Origin: a virus
IMG/VR virus record: IMGVR_UViG_3300005573_000060
Coordinates: 1 to 64,000 of that record
Length of the DNA stretch: 64,000 nt
Direction: 5' to 3' (one strand)
Shown one piece after another: positions 19,350 through 30,202 of this stretch. The notes beneath the pieces are model-generated. The model searched no databases. It was not told where the DNA came from and worked only from the letters and a program-made list of their open reading frames with translations. How positions within the stretch are numbered: position 1 is the stretch's first letter; each line of letters opens with the position of its first letter. The position numbers and the translations under genes are program-made.

Positions 19350-21638
19350 ATGTCAAATATAAATTCTTTTACAGAAACTGTAAATCTTTTAGTAGAGCAA
19401 ATTAATATAGCGTTAAGTAATATTGTTTCTCTTAATAAAAGTTTAACAACTCAAGAAGATACAGTTTCTCTATCAGTAGAACAAATTGATCCAATAACGG
19501 GTGATGCTTCTCTTGTAACATATTCATTACCTTCATATAATAATGTTATTAATAAAGTAAACACAGTTTCGCAAACTGTTGATACGTTTGTTAAAGGTGA
19601 AGGAGTTGTTTTATTAAATGATGGAACATACAGAAAAGTATCTACAGTTCCTTTAGCAGTTTCTCCAAATACTATATCTGGAATCACTCCGCCAACAAAA
19701 TTTAAAACAAGATACAATTGGTTCTTTGAATCAATGATGTTTCCTCAATTAATCGTTTCCTTTGATCTCAAAGGAGAGATTGACGATCGTTCAGATAGAG
19801 TTTTGGTTAGAAGAGTAATATTTGATAATTATAACGATGAAGAAACAGAATGGTTCTTAGATAATATAAAGTCGACACAAAGAAATTATTATGATACAAT
19901 AAAATTTCTAGAAGAACAAGGAAAAAAATATTGGATAGATGAAGAAGTTATAGAGTTGCCTTTATATCCTAAACCATATACAGGTAAATTCATTATTATA
20001 GATAAGGCAACAATAGATTCTAAAGAATGGTTTTTCCTTAATACTATGAATTATGGAGAAACTTCTGATGAGCCATTAGTAAAAAATTATCAATTATCAA
20101 TAGGAGATACACTTAGATATAATAATTCTGTTTGGAAAATAGATGATATTAATATTAATGAGAAAAGAGTTCATCTTATTCCAACTATAGGAATGGATCA
20201 TCCAACAATCAACAATTATTTTGAAATTTATACACAGCCATTTTCATCAAAAGTGATAGATATTGCAGTAGGATATGATGAATGTAATATATTATTTTTA
20301 AAAGGAGTTAATGATGATTTTAATATCATTTCAGATGACTGGAGTGATGGAATATCCTTTTGGACAAATCAATTAATAATTGATGGCGGAAACGCAACAC
20401 TGGAAGAATATTATAAAGATTATGTTCTTGATTTCGGAAGACAATTAGAAGGACAAGCTAAAGAAAAATACGTTCCTGCATATTTTGGTGTTGAACCAAA
20501 TGCGCCGGTGATTAGCGCAGATATGTTTTCAGTTACTCAAATTAATACGCAACTGAATGCTGCGTTAGATCAAGAAACTATAAAAAATACACAAACACAA
20601 ATTGAAAGCACAAAAACTATTATTAATAGTTTGAAGAACACTATAGCTCAACAAAAAGCTCAATTAGTAGAATTAACAGATCCAGGAGAAAGAGCAGATT
20701 TATCATCAAAAATAACTACAAATATTAATGATTTATCAAAGAAAACTATTGAATATCAATCTTTAGTTAAATCATTAGCTACTGTAGCTTATGAAAACTC
20801 AGCAGTTAATGTTGATCCAAAATATAGAATAAGAGGATTCTTTCCAATTCCAGAACTAAAGGATGGGCAACAAATTATTCAGTTTGAAATAGCATATCGT
20901 TATCTTAAGTTAGATAACACAGGAATTTCTCTCAATACATATGAATACACCGATCCTTGTACTGGGCAAAAAATAAAAGGAACATTTACAGATTGGAATA
21001 TAGTAACGACTCCAATGTTAAAAAAGGAATATGACGCGCAAAGTGATACATATAAATGGGTTAGAGAAAATGAAGCAGATGGAGAAGCTAATAACATAAA
21101 TCAAGTTGATATTCCAATAACAAAGGGCGAAAAAGTACAATTTAAGATTCGTTCTATTTCTGAGGCAGGTTGGCCTTTAAATCCTCTAAAATCTGTTTGG
21201 TCAGAACCTATTATAGTAGAATTTCCATCAAATCTAGAAACTTCTAATCAAGTTGTTAACATATTAAATGATGCTACCGCAGAAGAACAAGCTATTAAAT
21301 TAGATGAAACACTATCTGCGGCAGGAGTTCCAACACACCTTTCGGATAGTATTCCAAATCCAGTATCTGGATCTGGTACTTATTTTAAACATCAAGCGGC
21401 AAATTTATCATATGATTTAAAGATAAAAAATCTTAATGGAGTAGTACAAGTAGTTAATACAACAGATTTACAAACTCAACTTGAAAATTTACCTTTATAC
21501 AGCTATGTGACATTAACTAGACCAAATAATGCAAACTCTACAGATGATCATTTAACAGGGACACTTCAACAATTATTTCAAGCAATTGTTAATATCGATC
21601 CTTCTATATATGATGAATTTAAAGCTATTATAGGCTAA
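19350..21638 (+). CDS. Hypothetical structural protein with central coiled coil
   Basis: 762 aa with coiled coil TQIESTKTIINSLKNTIAQQKAQL, inside the tail block. Confidence 0.55.
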   Translation: MSNINSFTETVNLLVEQINIALSNIVSLNKSLTTQEDTVSLSVEQIDPITGDASLVTYSLPSYNNVINKVNTVSQTVDTFVKGEGVVLLNDGTYRKVSTVPLAVSPNTISGITPPTKFKTRYNWFFESMMFPQLIVSFDLKGEIDDRSDRVLVRRVIFDNYNDEETEWFLDNIKSTQRNYYDTIKFLEEQGKKYWIDEEVIELPLYPKPYTGKFIIIDKATIDSKEWFFLNTMNYGETSDEPLVKNYQLSIGDTLRYNNSVWKIDDININEKRVHLIPTIGMDHPTINNYFEIYTQPFSSKVIDIAVGYDECNILFLKGVNDDFNIISDDWSDGISFWTNQLIIDGGNATLEEYYKDYVLDFGRQLEGQAKEKYVPAYFGVEPNAPVISADMFSVTQINTQLNAALDQETIKNTQTQIESTKTIINSLKNTIAQQKAQLVELTDPGERADLSSKITTNINDLSKKTIEYQSLVKSLATVAYENSAVNVDPKYRIRGFFPIPELKDGQQIIQFEIAYRYLKLDNTGISLNTYEYTDPCTGQKIKGTFTDWNIVTTPMLKKEYDAQSDTYKWVRENEADGEANNINQVDIPITKGEKVQFKIRSISEAGWPLNPLKSVWSEPIIVEFPSNLETSNQVVNILNDATAEEQAIKLDETLSAAGVPTHLSDSIPNPVSGSGTYFKHQAANLSYDLKIKNLNGVVQVVNTTDLQTQLENLPLYSYVTLTRPNNANSTDDHLTGTLQQLFQAIVNIDPSIYDEFKAIIG

Positions 21639-21656
21639 ACTATATAAAAAGTAATT

Positions 21657-24600
21657 ATGATAAAAAGATTTTTTAATAAAGTAGTATTAACATCAAAAAA
21701 CCCGGAAGCTTTTCTGAATCTAGTATCTGAAGGAGAAAGCATTTGGATTGTTCCAACGTGTAACATAGAAAGTAAAATGTTTTATGTTAATGGCATAGAT
21801 ATAAGTCTATATCAGCCTTCAATAGGATATTCTTTAAAATTTGATAATAACTACACTAATGCAATATTTCATATATACACTGAAAAGAATGAAAAGTTTG
21901 ATGCTAATTTACGTTTTAATATATATGATACTAGCGCGTTTTCTGCAGTTGTTGATTTCATAGATGTATCTATTTTAAATAGACCGTATATTATTCCAAA
22001 CAATATAATTGGAACTTATGAAAATGATAATCTTCTTATAGATGATGAAGCTTCATATTTATTAATTAGAACAAATCCAAAATTTACGGGAAATATAGCG
22101 ATATACGTTGATTCAAGCTACAATATTTTTCTTGATACAATAAAAGTTTCTGATATTTTATCAAATAAAAAATATAGACATCAACAGGTTTCAGGAAATA
22201 GCATATTATCTGGAGATATTAGAAATGTATTTTCTTCTTTACCATTAGGAGAACTATATCAAATAGATAAAGAAAACACTTTTGATATAAGTATTCCTAA
22301 AATGGAATATAGATACCAATACAACACAACATATAACTATGGCGCAAGATTATTAAAAGATGAATTGTACTCAGAAGATTATGGGTTAATGGCTCCATTA
22401 TGGATAAATTCTAAGTTACCAGACTATTTCGCCATATTTAGATTAGATGGCGCATATAATCCGGAAAGCTATAATGATGCTTCAATATACATATTAGCAG
22501 AAAAATATTTAAAAAATAGTAAGTTAATTAAAAGCTGGAGTTTAAAACAAAATACTCCTATAGGAAAATATTTAAATAATCATTTATCAGAAATAGAAAA
22601 AATTCAAGCTCCTGTATTTTTATCTTTAACTAGCCCAGATTTAAAAGAAACTGAATCAGATCCAAACACATGGTATGGAATATCTGTTAAAAAAGGAATT
22701 TTAACCGGGCATTCAGAAACTACATATTTCTTTAATCAAGTTGCTAATAATTTTACAGATTTAAATGCCTTTGTTTCAAAAGGATTTGAAAGAAATTCTT
22801 TATTGTGTCCAAATCTACTAAATTTACAATTTTTATTTAGCGATAATGATGTTAGTTTATATACAATGAATCGCTATTTTGGATTTTATTTGACAGAAAA
22901 TGTTTTGTATAAAATTGCATATTATTCAGATTCATCAAATGGTCCAGTGGAAATACTTTCTTTAGATGGAAAAAATAGTAGTGAATATTTTAATTCTTCA
23001 ATTTTTGATACAAGCGGAAATATAATAGAAGATTTTAAAAATCGTATATTTGTTTTAAATGACGGTGTTCAATTAAAAAGAATCACAAATGTTAATCAAA
23101 TAGATGATAGTTCTATTAATGAATATTTGAATAAGCCTTATGAAAATATATTTTCTACTAGAGTTCAACAAAAAAATATAAATCCATTTATATTATTAAC
23201 TATCAATAATACACTTTCTCAAGGAGAACATTTAAGAGTTATTAATAAGACACAAGGAAAAATTTGGGAAGCTTATAGTGTTAATTCAAGTGAATTTACA
23301 TGTGAAACTTATTGTACTATATCAAAAGATCCGAGTCATCTAACTGTATATAGAACATATTTTGATATAGATGGAGATATATCATATCAAATTAAACAAA
23401 TTGAAAGCGCGTTTACCAGATTTTCTAATTATTCAGACACTTCTTTTAGAGTAGGCATAAGTGGAGATAATTATGTATCAATAGTATTAAATGATGATGC
23501 AAATTTTTCAGATCAATGGGTATTTCAAAGAATAACTGCTTCAACGCTAAATAAATTTGATGATTTATCTTCAGGATTCTCATCCGCTTCATCTTTTGAT
23601 GATATATCATTCTTTGGAGTATTTACACCAAATTCAAGTGATTTTGAAATTATTTCTTATGATTCTTCTTATGGGCCGATAGACTTTGAGTTATACGGTC
23701 ATAGGCAAAGTATAATGATTGATTTCTTTAAACGAAATAATAATTATTTGTATTCATTTAAAAAAGAACAAAATATCATAGATAAATTTGAAAATCCAAC
23801 GTTATATCAATCAACAGATCTTTGGTACAGAAGATTATTAAATTTTGATGTATCTAATAATTCTTATCAATATATTAAAGATCCTGTTAGTTTAGAAGAT
23901 AATGTATTGATAATGACATCAAAAGAAATTAAAACTGTAAGAGAATTTTTTAACGCTTATAGTATATGGCCATTAAACATTTCATTAATGGGTATAAATC
24001 CGGTAAAAGATATAGATTATACAGTATATGACCAAAGTTTAGGATATAAGAGTCAATATACATATAAAAGAGAAAATGACTTAAGTACATATTTAATATC
24101 TATCGATTCAAGTGATTCATATATGCTTGATATTCCAGGATCCTATGTAGTTAAAACAGGAAATGGAACTTATGAACAGAGGGGAGCCGTAAAGTCTTAT
24201 ACAACTAATACATTATTTAACACATTTGATTCTAGCGCATATTTTAATGCGGATTCATACACAGAACTTACATATGCAGTTCTAGATGGTTCTTATAATT
24301 TTAAGGGATATAAAAATGGAATGTCTGGAAATGAAGAAAACATAAGTGATTACTATCAATCTAATAAATTATTAAAATATGGACTAATTGTTCCTGAGGT
24401 AGCAAAATGGGTTTCTCTTGGAAATGATTGTAGAAATAATCCTTTAAGATTAATATTAAACAGCGATGTTTTAGAAGTAAGCACAAATTTTATTCCATAT
24501 GAAAATAATTTTACACAAGAGATAGCAATTCCATCGTTTAAATATTTAACTGCTACAGAAAGATGCTGGCAAGATTATGTTTTTTATGATATAAATGATG

Positions 24601-26339
24601 TTATAAATGATAATGGAATATATAGAACATTTAAAGAAATGATGTTTCAGCATCCTTATGATGATTATTTCTCTAAATTATTATATACTAATAGTAAAGT
24701 TAATAAAGTCTTCTCAAGATCATCTATAGTCTATTATAATCAATACAAAAATAGTATAGATGTTCTATTTATGGGGTTAAATTTATCTATAAAAGTAGAA
24801 GATATAGCTAAAAATATAATTGACATTAAAACATATAATAAATATAGATTTTCATTTATTGCGACATCATCTAAAAATAGAGATAATAAAAGACCTATAG
24901 AAGTTATTATAAATGAAAACACAAAAACTATATTAATGATATGGTATCAAGGCAATGATGAACTTAATTACAATAAAAGATACTCTTCATTTTTACCAGG
25001 AAAATCAATATTAGATGCTTCAGATGCTGGATTTATTAGTGGTCTGGAAAAATATAGATATTCATTTATAAAAACTCCTTTTATTATTAGAAATGATACT
25101 GTTGTTAAAAGTATAGAATATTTATATTCTGATGATGAAAAATATAACGATTCATTTCTTACTAATTTGATTAAAAATGGATACTCTCAATTTAATAAAA
25201 ATCTTAATGGATTATATTCTTCATGGGTTTCCTGGGGAAATAATTCTATAATAAATTCAACTTTTCTAGAAGACAAAAATTATCAAACATTTGAACAATT
25301 CGTAAATTATGATTATAGACAAAACTCAATTACATATGGAAATTACGCTATAAATTATGGATACAAATATGAGAGTAATTGGAATATTTATGATAATAAT
25401 ACATGTAATCTAGATACATTAACATATTTACTTTCTCCTACATATAATTATGTAATGTATTATATAATAAGAGAAAATAATGTATATACTAATTATAGTT
25501 TTGGAAGTTTTGTCAATCCTTTCACTATTACAATCAATCCTCCGAGAAAATATAACAACATATTTACTTATAATGGGTGGTATAAACCAAAGTTTAATTC
25601 GATATTAGAGTTTACAGAAAATGAATCTTCAGATTTAGTAAATGTAACAAAAAAAGATTTTATTTTAAATAACACAAACATAAAATCTTATAATGGAATT
25701 TCTCAACTATGGTATAATAAGTTAACCGATAAAATAAGTGATACAGACATAAATAATGGAAATGCTATAGCATTTATACGCGATTTTAACGTATTTAAAT
25801 CTTTATGGGATAAAAACTATTATATAATGAGAGAGAATGAATTTATAGATGGATATAATTCACCTTATGAGTTACCTTCATTTTTTGGTTCAAAGCTTCC
25901 TAAGTTTCCAGATGAACTAAAATTAGAAAATTGGAATTCTACAATATGCAGTTACTCTGTTTTATCATCTGAAAATAAACTTAATCTTTTCTTTAATTTA
26001 ACAAGAGCTATATTATTATCATTTAAAAATAATGCAACATTTTTATCAAATTGGAGTAATTTCTCTAACACGGATAAACTTATTGATGAATATATTAAAA
26101 ATACAGTTATTACATATTATAACATAAGTCAATCAAAAATAAAAGTTAACTTTTATTACAAATCTAGAGACGCACAATTATTACATTATACATTAGATAG
26201 TAGTGATTTTGTTTATAGTGATAAACAAAATTTTGATGGGCAGCTAATATTTAGCAACAATGAATACATATATAAAATAGGAGTTCCTACTTTAGGGAAG
26301 TTCTCTTATTTTGTATCATTCACATTATTTGGTAAATAA
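21657..26339 (+). CDS. Very large tail/baseplate structural protein
   Basis: 1560-aa ORF in the tail block with 25 D-x-S sites. Confidence 0.55.
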   Translation: MIKRFFNKVVLTSKNPEAFLNLVSEGESIWIVPTCNIESKMFYVNGIDISLYQPSIGYSLKFDNNYTNAIFHIYTEKNEKFDANLRFNIYDTSAFSAVVDFIDVSILNRPYIIPNNIIGTYENDNLLIDDEASYLLIRTNPKFTGNIAIYVDSSYNIFLDTIKVSDILSNKKYRHQQVSGNSILSGDIRNVFSSLPLGELYQIDKENTFDISIPKMEYRYQYNTTYNYGARLLKDELYSEDYGLMAPLWINSKLPDYFAIFRLDGAYNPESYNDASIYILAEKYLKNSKLIKSWSLKQNTPIGKYLNNHLSEIEKIQAPVFLSLTSPDLKETESDPNTWYGISVKKGILTGHSETTYFFNQVANNFTDLNAFVSKGFERNSLLCPNLLNLQFLFSDNDVSLYTMNRYFGFYLTENVLYKIAYYSDSSNGPVEILSLDGKNSSEYFNSSIFDTSGNIIEDFKNRIFVLNDGVQLKRITNVNQIDDSSINEYLNKPYENIFSTRVQQKNINPFILLTINNTLSQGEHLRVINKTQGKIWEAYSVNSSEFTCETYCTISKDPSHLTVYRTYFDIDGDISYQIKQIESAFTRFSNYSDTSFRVGISGDNYVSIVLNDDANFSDQWVFQRITASTLNKFDDLSSGFSSASSFDDISFFGVFTPNSSDFEIISYDSSYGPIDFELYGHRQSIMIDFFKRNNNYLYSFKKEQNIIDKFENPTLYQSTDLWYRRLLNFDVSNNSYQYIKDPVSLEDNVLIMTSKEIKTVREFFNAYSIWPLNISLMGINPVKDIDYTVYDQSLGYKSQYTYKRENDLSTYLISIDSSDSYMLDIPGSYVVKTGNGTYEQRGAVKSYTTNTLFNTFDSSAYFNADSYTELTYAVLDGSYNFKGYKNGMSGNEENISDYYQSNKLLKYGLIVPEVAKWVSLGNDCRNNPLRLILNSDVLEVSTNFIPYENNFTQEIAIPSFKYLTATERCWQDYVFYDINDVINDNGIYRTFKEMMFQHPYDDYFSKLLYTNSKVNKVFSRSSIVYYNQYKNSIDVLFMGLNLSIKVEDIAKNIIDIKTYNKYRFSFIATSSKNRDNKRPIEVIINENTKTILMIWYQGNDELNYNKRYSSFLPGKSILDASDAGFISGLEKYRYSFIKTPFIIRNDTVVKSIEYLYSDDEKYNDSFLTNLIKNGYSQFNKNLNGLYSSWVSWGNNSIINSTFLEDKNYQTFEQFVNYDYRQNSITYGNYAINYGYKYESNWNIYDNNTCNLDTLTYLLSPTYNYVMYYIIRENNVYTNYSFGSFVNPFTITINPPRKYNNIFTYNGWYKPKFNSILEFTENESSDLVNVTKKDFILNNTNIKSYNGISQLWYNKLTDKISDTDINNGNAIAFIRDFNVFKSLWDKNYYIMRENEFIDGYNSPYELPSFFGSKLPKFPDELKLENWNSTICSYSVLSSENKLNLFFNLTRAILLSFKNNATFLSNWSNFSNTDKLIDEYIKNTVITYYNISQSKIKVNFYYKSRDAQLLHYTLDSSDFVYSDKQNFDGQLIFSNNEYIYKIGVPTLGKFSYFVSFTLFGK

Positions 26340-26341
26340 TT

Positions 26342-27412
26342 ATGAAATACGAATATTCACCGGGATTAAAAGGATATGGAGTTAAGGGTAATGATGGGTC
26401 AAGCGGTCTATCAGGATTATCTCTGTATTTTACTGATCTTGAACATCCAAGAGACTATCTTGATATAAAAACAAGAATAAAAAATAATTGGGCTTTATTT
26501 TTAAATTCACCTCCAGGAACAACTTTACCTAATAACAGAACATATCAAAATGGAGATTTATTTATAACTTCATATGGATATGTTTTTAAAATAACTGATG
26601 CTTCAAATGGAATATACGTACAAACAGATGGGCTTTTAACAAAAGAAAATTATTTTGAAAAAAGTAATCCTCTTATTTCTGCATTATATGGGTTTAATGA
26701 AAGATGGTTAAACAAAAATAGCATTAATAGCACTCATTACTTAATAGATAATAATTTTTCTTCAGTATCAAATTATCTATATCCTTCTAATATTTATGGT
26801 GTAGATTTAAAAAATTTTACAAGAATAGAATATACAGATTCTTCGGCATTTTCTTTATATTCTTCTGCAAAATACTCAACAATAGATGATTCAAAAGTTT
26901 TAGGAATAATTTTTAGAGATAACGCTTTTAGAATAGGAAACTTAGATGATAATGATAATGTTAGGAACACTAATTTAATATTTGATGTATCTTTATTAAA
27001 AATAGAAAGAAATACTTGTTTTGGTGTAGATGCTTCTATCGGTGAAATATTAACTAATAATGAAATAGGCCCGTTATCTTTATGTTCAGATTATTTTAAT
27101 TATTCTCCTGCTTCTAACGCATTTGGGATTTCTAAATCTGGCACTGATTGTAGCATTTATTGGAATTTAAGTGCTTTTACAAGTGATCCTGATGTAACAG
27201 CAACAATAATATTTTCAGCATCACCATTAAATTATAATAATTCTATAGTATTTGATGCATCTGTATATAAACAAATGATGTTTCATAATATAGATTCTTC
27301 AGGTAGTATAAAAATAACAAATCTTAATACAAATTATATATACATATATAAAATAGTTATTGAAAAGAACGGCTGGGAAAGATTTTCAAGTACAAAATCA
27401 ATAACAGTGTAA
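26342..27412 (+). CDS. Tail fibre-like protein, paralog of the N-terminal part of 27428..29359
   Basis: Shared blocks YFTDL, GDLFI, NFxRIEYT, IGNxDD..RN..L.FDVS and GS.KITNLN, plus a short N-terminal collagen-like stretch. Confidence 0.65.
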   Translation: MKYEYSPGLKGYGVKGNDGSSGLSGLSLYFTDLEHPRDYLDIKTRIKNNWALFLNSPPGTTLPNNRTYQNGDLFITSYGYVFKITDASNGIYVQTDGLLTKENYFEKSNPLISALYGFNERWLNKNSINSTHYLIDNNFSSVSNYLYPSNIYGVDLKNFTRIEYTDSSAFSLYSSAKYSTIDDSKVLGIIFRDNAFRIGNLDDNDNVRNTNLIFDVSLLKIERNTCFGVDASIGEILTNNEIGPLSLCSDYFNYSPASNAFGISKSGTDCSIYWNLSAFTSDPDVTATIIFSASPLNYNNSIVFDASVYKQMMFHNIDSSGSIKITNLNTNYIYIYKIVIEKNGWERFSSTKSITV

Positions 27413-27427
27413 AAAAATAATAGTTAT

Positions 27428-29359
27428 ATGAACGATAAATTTAAATATGCGCCCGGAAAACCCGGATTTGGAACAAAAGGAGATAAAGGTGAAAATGGCC
27501 AACAGGGTATATCTATGTACTTCACAGATTTAGATCCTATTTCTGATAGTATGATATTAACATCGAGAATTCAAACAAATAAAACTTTATGGAAAAATGA
27601 AGATTCTTTTCTTCCTGATGGTAGAGCATATGTTACCGGTGATTTATTTATAGATAAAGAAGGAAAAACTTATGAAATAAATGCTGAAACGCATACATAT
27701 CAATATAAATTATCAAATTTAAACACAGGTGGAATATTTATTCCTCTTGGAATATCAAGTGATAATAATTTTAAAAGATATTTTAACAATAATTCATCTC
27801 CAAAATACATAATAGATAATGTATATACAACAACCGGCGCAATTAATTATACTGCAATTCCAGATAAAATATATGGAATTCCTCCTCAAAATTTCGCAAG
27901 AATAGAATACACTAATATTAAACAAGGTACTGATGGAAGCACATACGCATTTACAGTTTATTCATTGGCTGATCCAAGCGGAAATGCTCAAGAAGAAAGT
28001 AATAAAGCATTAGCAATAACATATAGTGATAAAGATAAATATTTTCACATAGGAAATAAAGATGATAGTGGAAAAATAAGAAATGTATCTTTAGTATTTG
28101 ATGTTTCAAGTTTAAGAAGATACTCTAAAGGAGTAAAAATTAATGATCCTTCTGGCGCAATTTTAACGAATTATGAAATAAATGCAAATTCATTATTTGA
28201 TGGAAATTTTAATCCCGAGCCAGATTCATTTTATGGAGGATTTATCAATGCATCTGATGCCTTTATACATTGGAATCTTTTGGATTTTTTAAATGGAAAT
28301 TATAGTGAATCTTATTATGTATATGGAGACTTATATTTTTATGAATATATTCCTTCTTATAATGGTCAAACATATCGATTTGATGCATCTATTGTAAGAC
28401 CTATGATATTTCAAAATATAATGTCTTATTCTACCGCAGATGGCTCAGTAAAAATAACAAATTTAAATCCTACAGGAACATACGCATATTACATGAAGCT
28501 ATATAGAAATGGGTGGTCAAGAAAATCAAACACTAAGTATTTGTATAATGGAACTGTAAGTGTTACGCCACTTCAAGCGTTAAATGAACCGTCTATAGCA
28601 CATTGGGTTGGAAGTGTTCCTTCGAGTAGCACATTCTTTAATGTAGATTCTAATACAACATGGAGTGTATCATTTGTTCCATCAGTTTCATGGATATCCT
28701 CTCTTATATGCACCAGTTCAGGATATGATGGATCTATTGGGTTTTTCATATCTGCTAATACTGGAGATGCAAGAAGCACAAAGATGAGAGTAACCGCAAA
28801 AGGTGGATTGTATCAAGATGTATCAATTTCTCAGGTAGCTAATACTAGAAATGTAACTATATCCACAAATACTTCATACGGACCTTATTATACTCCTGAT
28901 ACTCATGGATGGGGTGGATATAAATTAGATGTATCTAACGGAATTTCTTTAACAAATCTTCCTTCAGATACATCTGTTAATATACAGTTTGTAAGTTATA
29001 TTCATGCAGTTAATAATAATCCTACTGATCCAATTCAATCGGCAAGTAAATTACTTATTTATAAAAATAATTCTAATGTTAATGATATTAATATTGGATC
29101 TACATTAATAGATGTGGGCACAACTTTTGATGCCAGTTCGTCTTATACATTATATAATATAAGATCATCTGATATAATAAGAGTTGATTATTACCCAATT
29201 AATACATTTGCTTATGAAATAAATGAAAACTTGGATTCATCTGAAGGAAATTGGGATGTTAGTATAGGATTTAATGTATATGTACAATATGTTAGTGGAA
29301 CTCCTATTAATATTACAAATAACGGTTATGGAAAATCTTATCATATAGACATACGATAA
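27428..29359 (+). CDS. Tail fibre-like protein with BACON domain
   Basis: Paralog of the previous gene, plus a BACON segment (FNVDSNTTWSV..SWI..ANTGDARSTKMRVTA..VSISQ). Confidence 0.65.
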   Translation: MNDKFKYAPGKPGFGTKGDKGENGQQGISMYFTDLDPISDSMILTSRIQTNKTLWKNEDSFLPDGRAYVTGDLFIDKEGKTYEINAETHTYQYKLSNLNTGGIFIPLGISSDNNFKRYFNNNSSPKYIIDNVYTTTGAINYTAIPDKIYGIPPQNFARIEYTNIKQGTDGSTYAFTVYSLADPSGNAQEESNKALAITYSDKDKYFHIGNKDDSGKIRNVSLVFDVSSLRRYSKGVKINDPSGAILTNYEINANSLFDGNFNPEPDSFYGGFINASDAFIHWNLLDFLNGNYSESYYVYGDLYFYEYIPSYNGQTYRFDASIVRPMIFQNIMSYSTADGSVKITNLNPTGTYAYYMKLYRNGWSRKSNTKYLYNGTVSVTPLQALNEPSIAHWVGSVPSSSTFFNVDSNTTWSVSFVPSVSWISSLICTSSGYDGSIGFFISANTGDARSTKMRVTAKGGLYQDVSISQVANTRNVTISTNTSYGPYYTPDTHGWGGYKLDVSNGISLTNLPSDTSVNIQFVSYIHAVNNNPTDPIQSASKLLIYKNNSNVNDINIGSTLIDVGTTFDASSSYTLYNIRSSDIIRVDYYPINTFAYEINENLDSSEGNWDVSIGFNVYVQYVSGTPINITNNGYGKSYHIDIR

Positions 29360-29378
29360 AAATTAAAAATAAAAGAAA

Positions 29379-30185
29379 ATGAAAATAGAGAATATTTATA
29401 ACTTCATTAACAGTAAATTATTTACTATAATAATTATAATAGGACTTATTATTTTTAGCGCAATGCAATGTTCTAGAATAAAAGAACTAAAAAGACAAAA
29501 GGATATAAGTGATCAAAATCAAGCTGCTCTTACAGATTCTTTAAGTTTTCAAAAATTAAGAAATAAAGAACTTCAGATATCTATTCCAACTCTTATTTCT
29601 ACTATAGATGAACTTAAAGTACTTAATAGAGAATTATATTTTAAAGTTAAAGAACAAAATCAACATATAATAGATTTAAATAATGCTATTATTGTATTAC
29701 ATCAAGATTCTGCGACTTTAGCTAAAGCACTTGATGAAAAGAATAAAATAATACAAAAATTATTAAAAGTTGATGATAATTTATATATAGCTGGGTGGAC
29801 TCTTCCATTTAAATATGATTCAACTAACTTTGAAGTGCTTACAGGAAAAACATATATAGCAGTTACTAATAAAAATCCTCTTGAATTAGCTCACGTAAAT
29901 ACAGAATTAATTAATAAAACTACACAAATTGATTTAACATTTGGGCATAAAGAAGAAAATGGATTGATAAGAGTATACATTCAATCTGCATATCCAGGAT
30001 TTACTGCAAAATCATTACAAGGTGTTTTAATTGATCCTAACGAATATTCATCAAAGGCAAAGAAAAATTCTTGGTTTAAAGGATTTGGAATAGGGCCTCA
30101 AGCAACAATGGGGTTCAACGTTGCAACGGGAAAATATGGATTAGTTTTAGGAGTTGGAGTACATTATACAATTTATGGATTTTAA
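29379..30185 (+). CDS. Membrane-anchored coiled-coil protein with C-terminal beta-hairpin (possible spanin-like)
   Basis: N-terminal hydrophobic helix ending in SAMQC, then a coiled coil, then GFGIGPQATMGF..GVGVHYTIYGF. Confidence 0.5.
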   Translation: MKIENIYNFINSKLFTIIIIIGLIIFSAMQCSRIKELKRQKDISDQNQAALTDSLSFQKLRNKELQISIPTLISTIDELKVLNRELYFKVKEQNQHIIDLNNAIIVLHQDSATLAKALDEKNKIIQKLLKVDDNLYIAGWTLPFKYDSTNFEVLTGKTYIAVTNKNPLELAHVNTELINKTTQIDLTFGHKEENGLIRVYIQSAYPGFTAKSLQGVLIDPNEYSSKAKKNSWFKGFGIGPQATMGFNVATGKYGLVLGVGVHYTIYGF

Positions 30186-30202
30186 AATAAAATAATGAAT
30201 AT

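Noticed and set aside
26342-29359. D-x-S excess caused by a DNA palindrome GATNNATC
   Set aside because: Only 6 of 14 sites in 27428..29359 fit GATNNATC, and several use AGY serine codons, so the signal is at the protein level.
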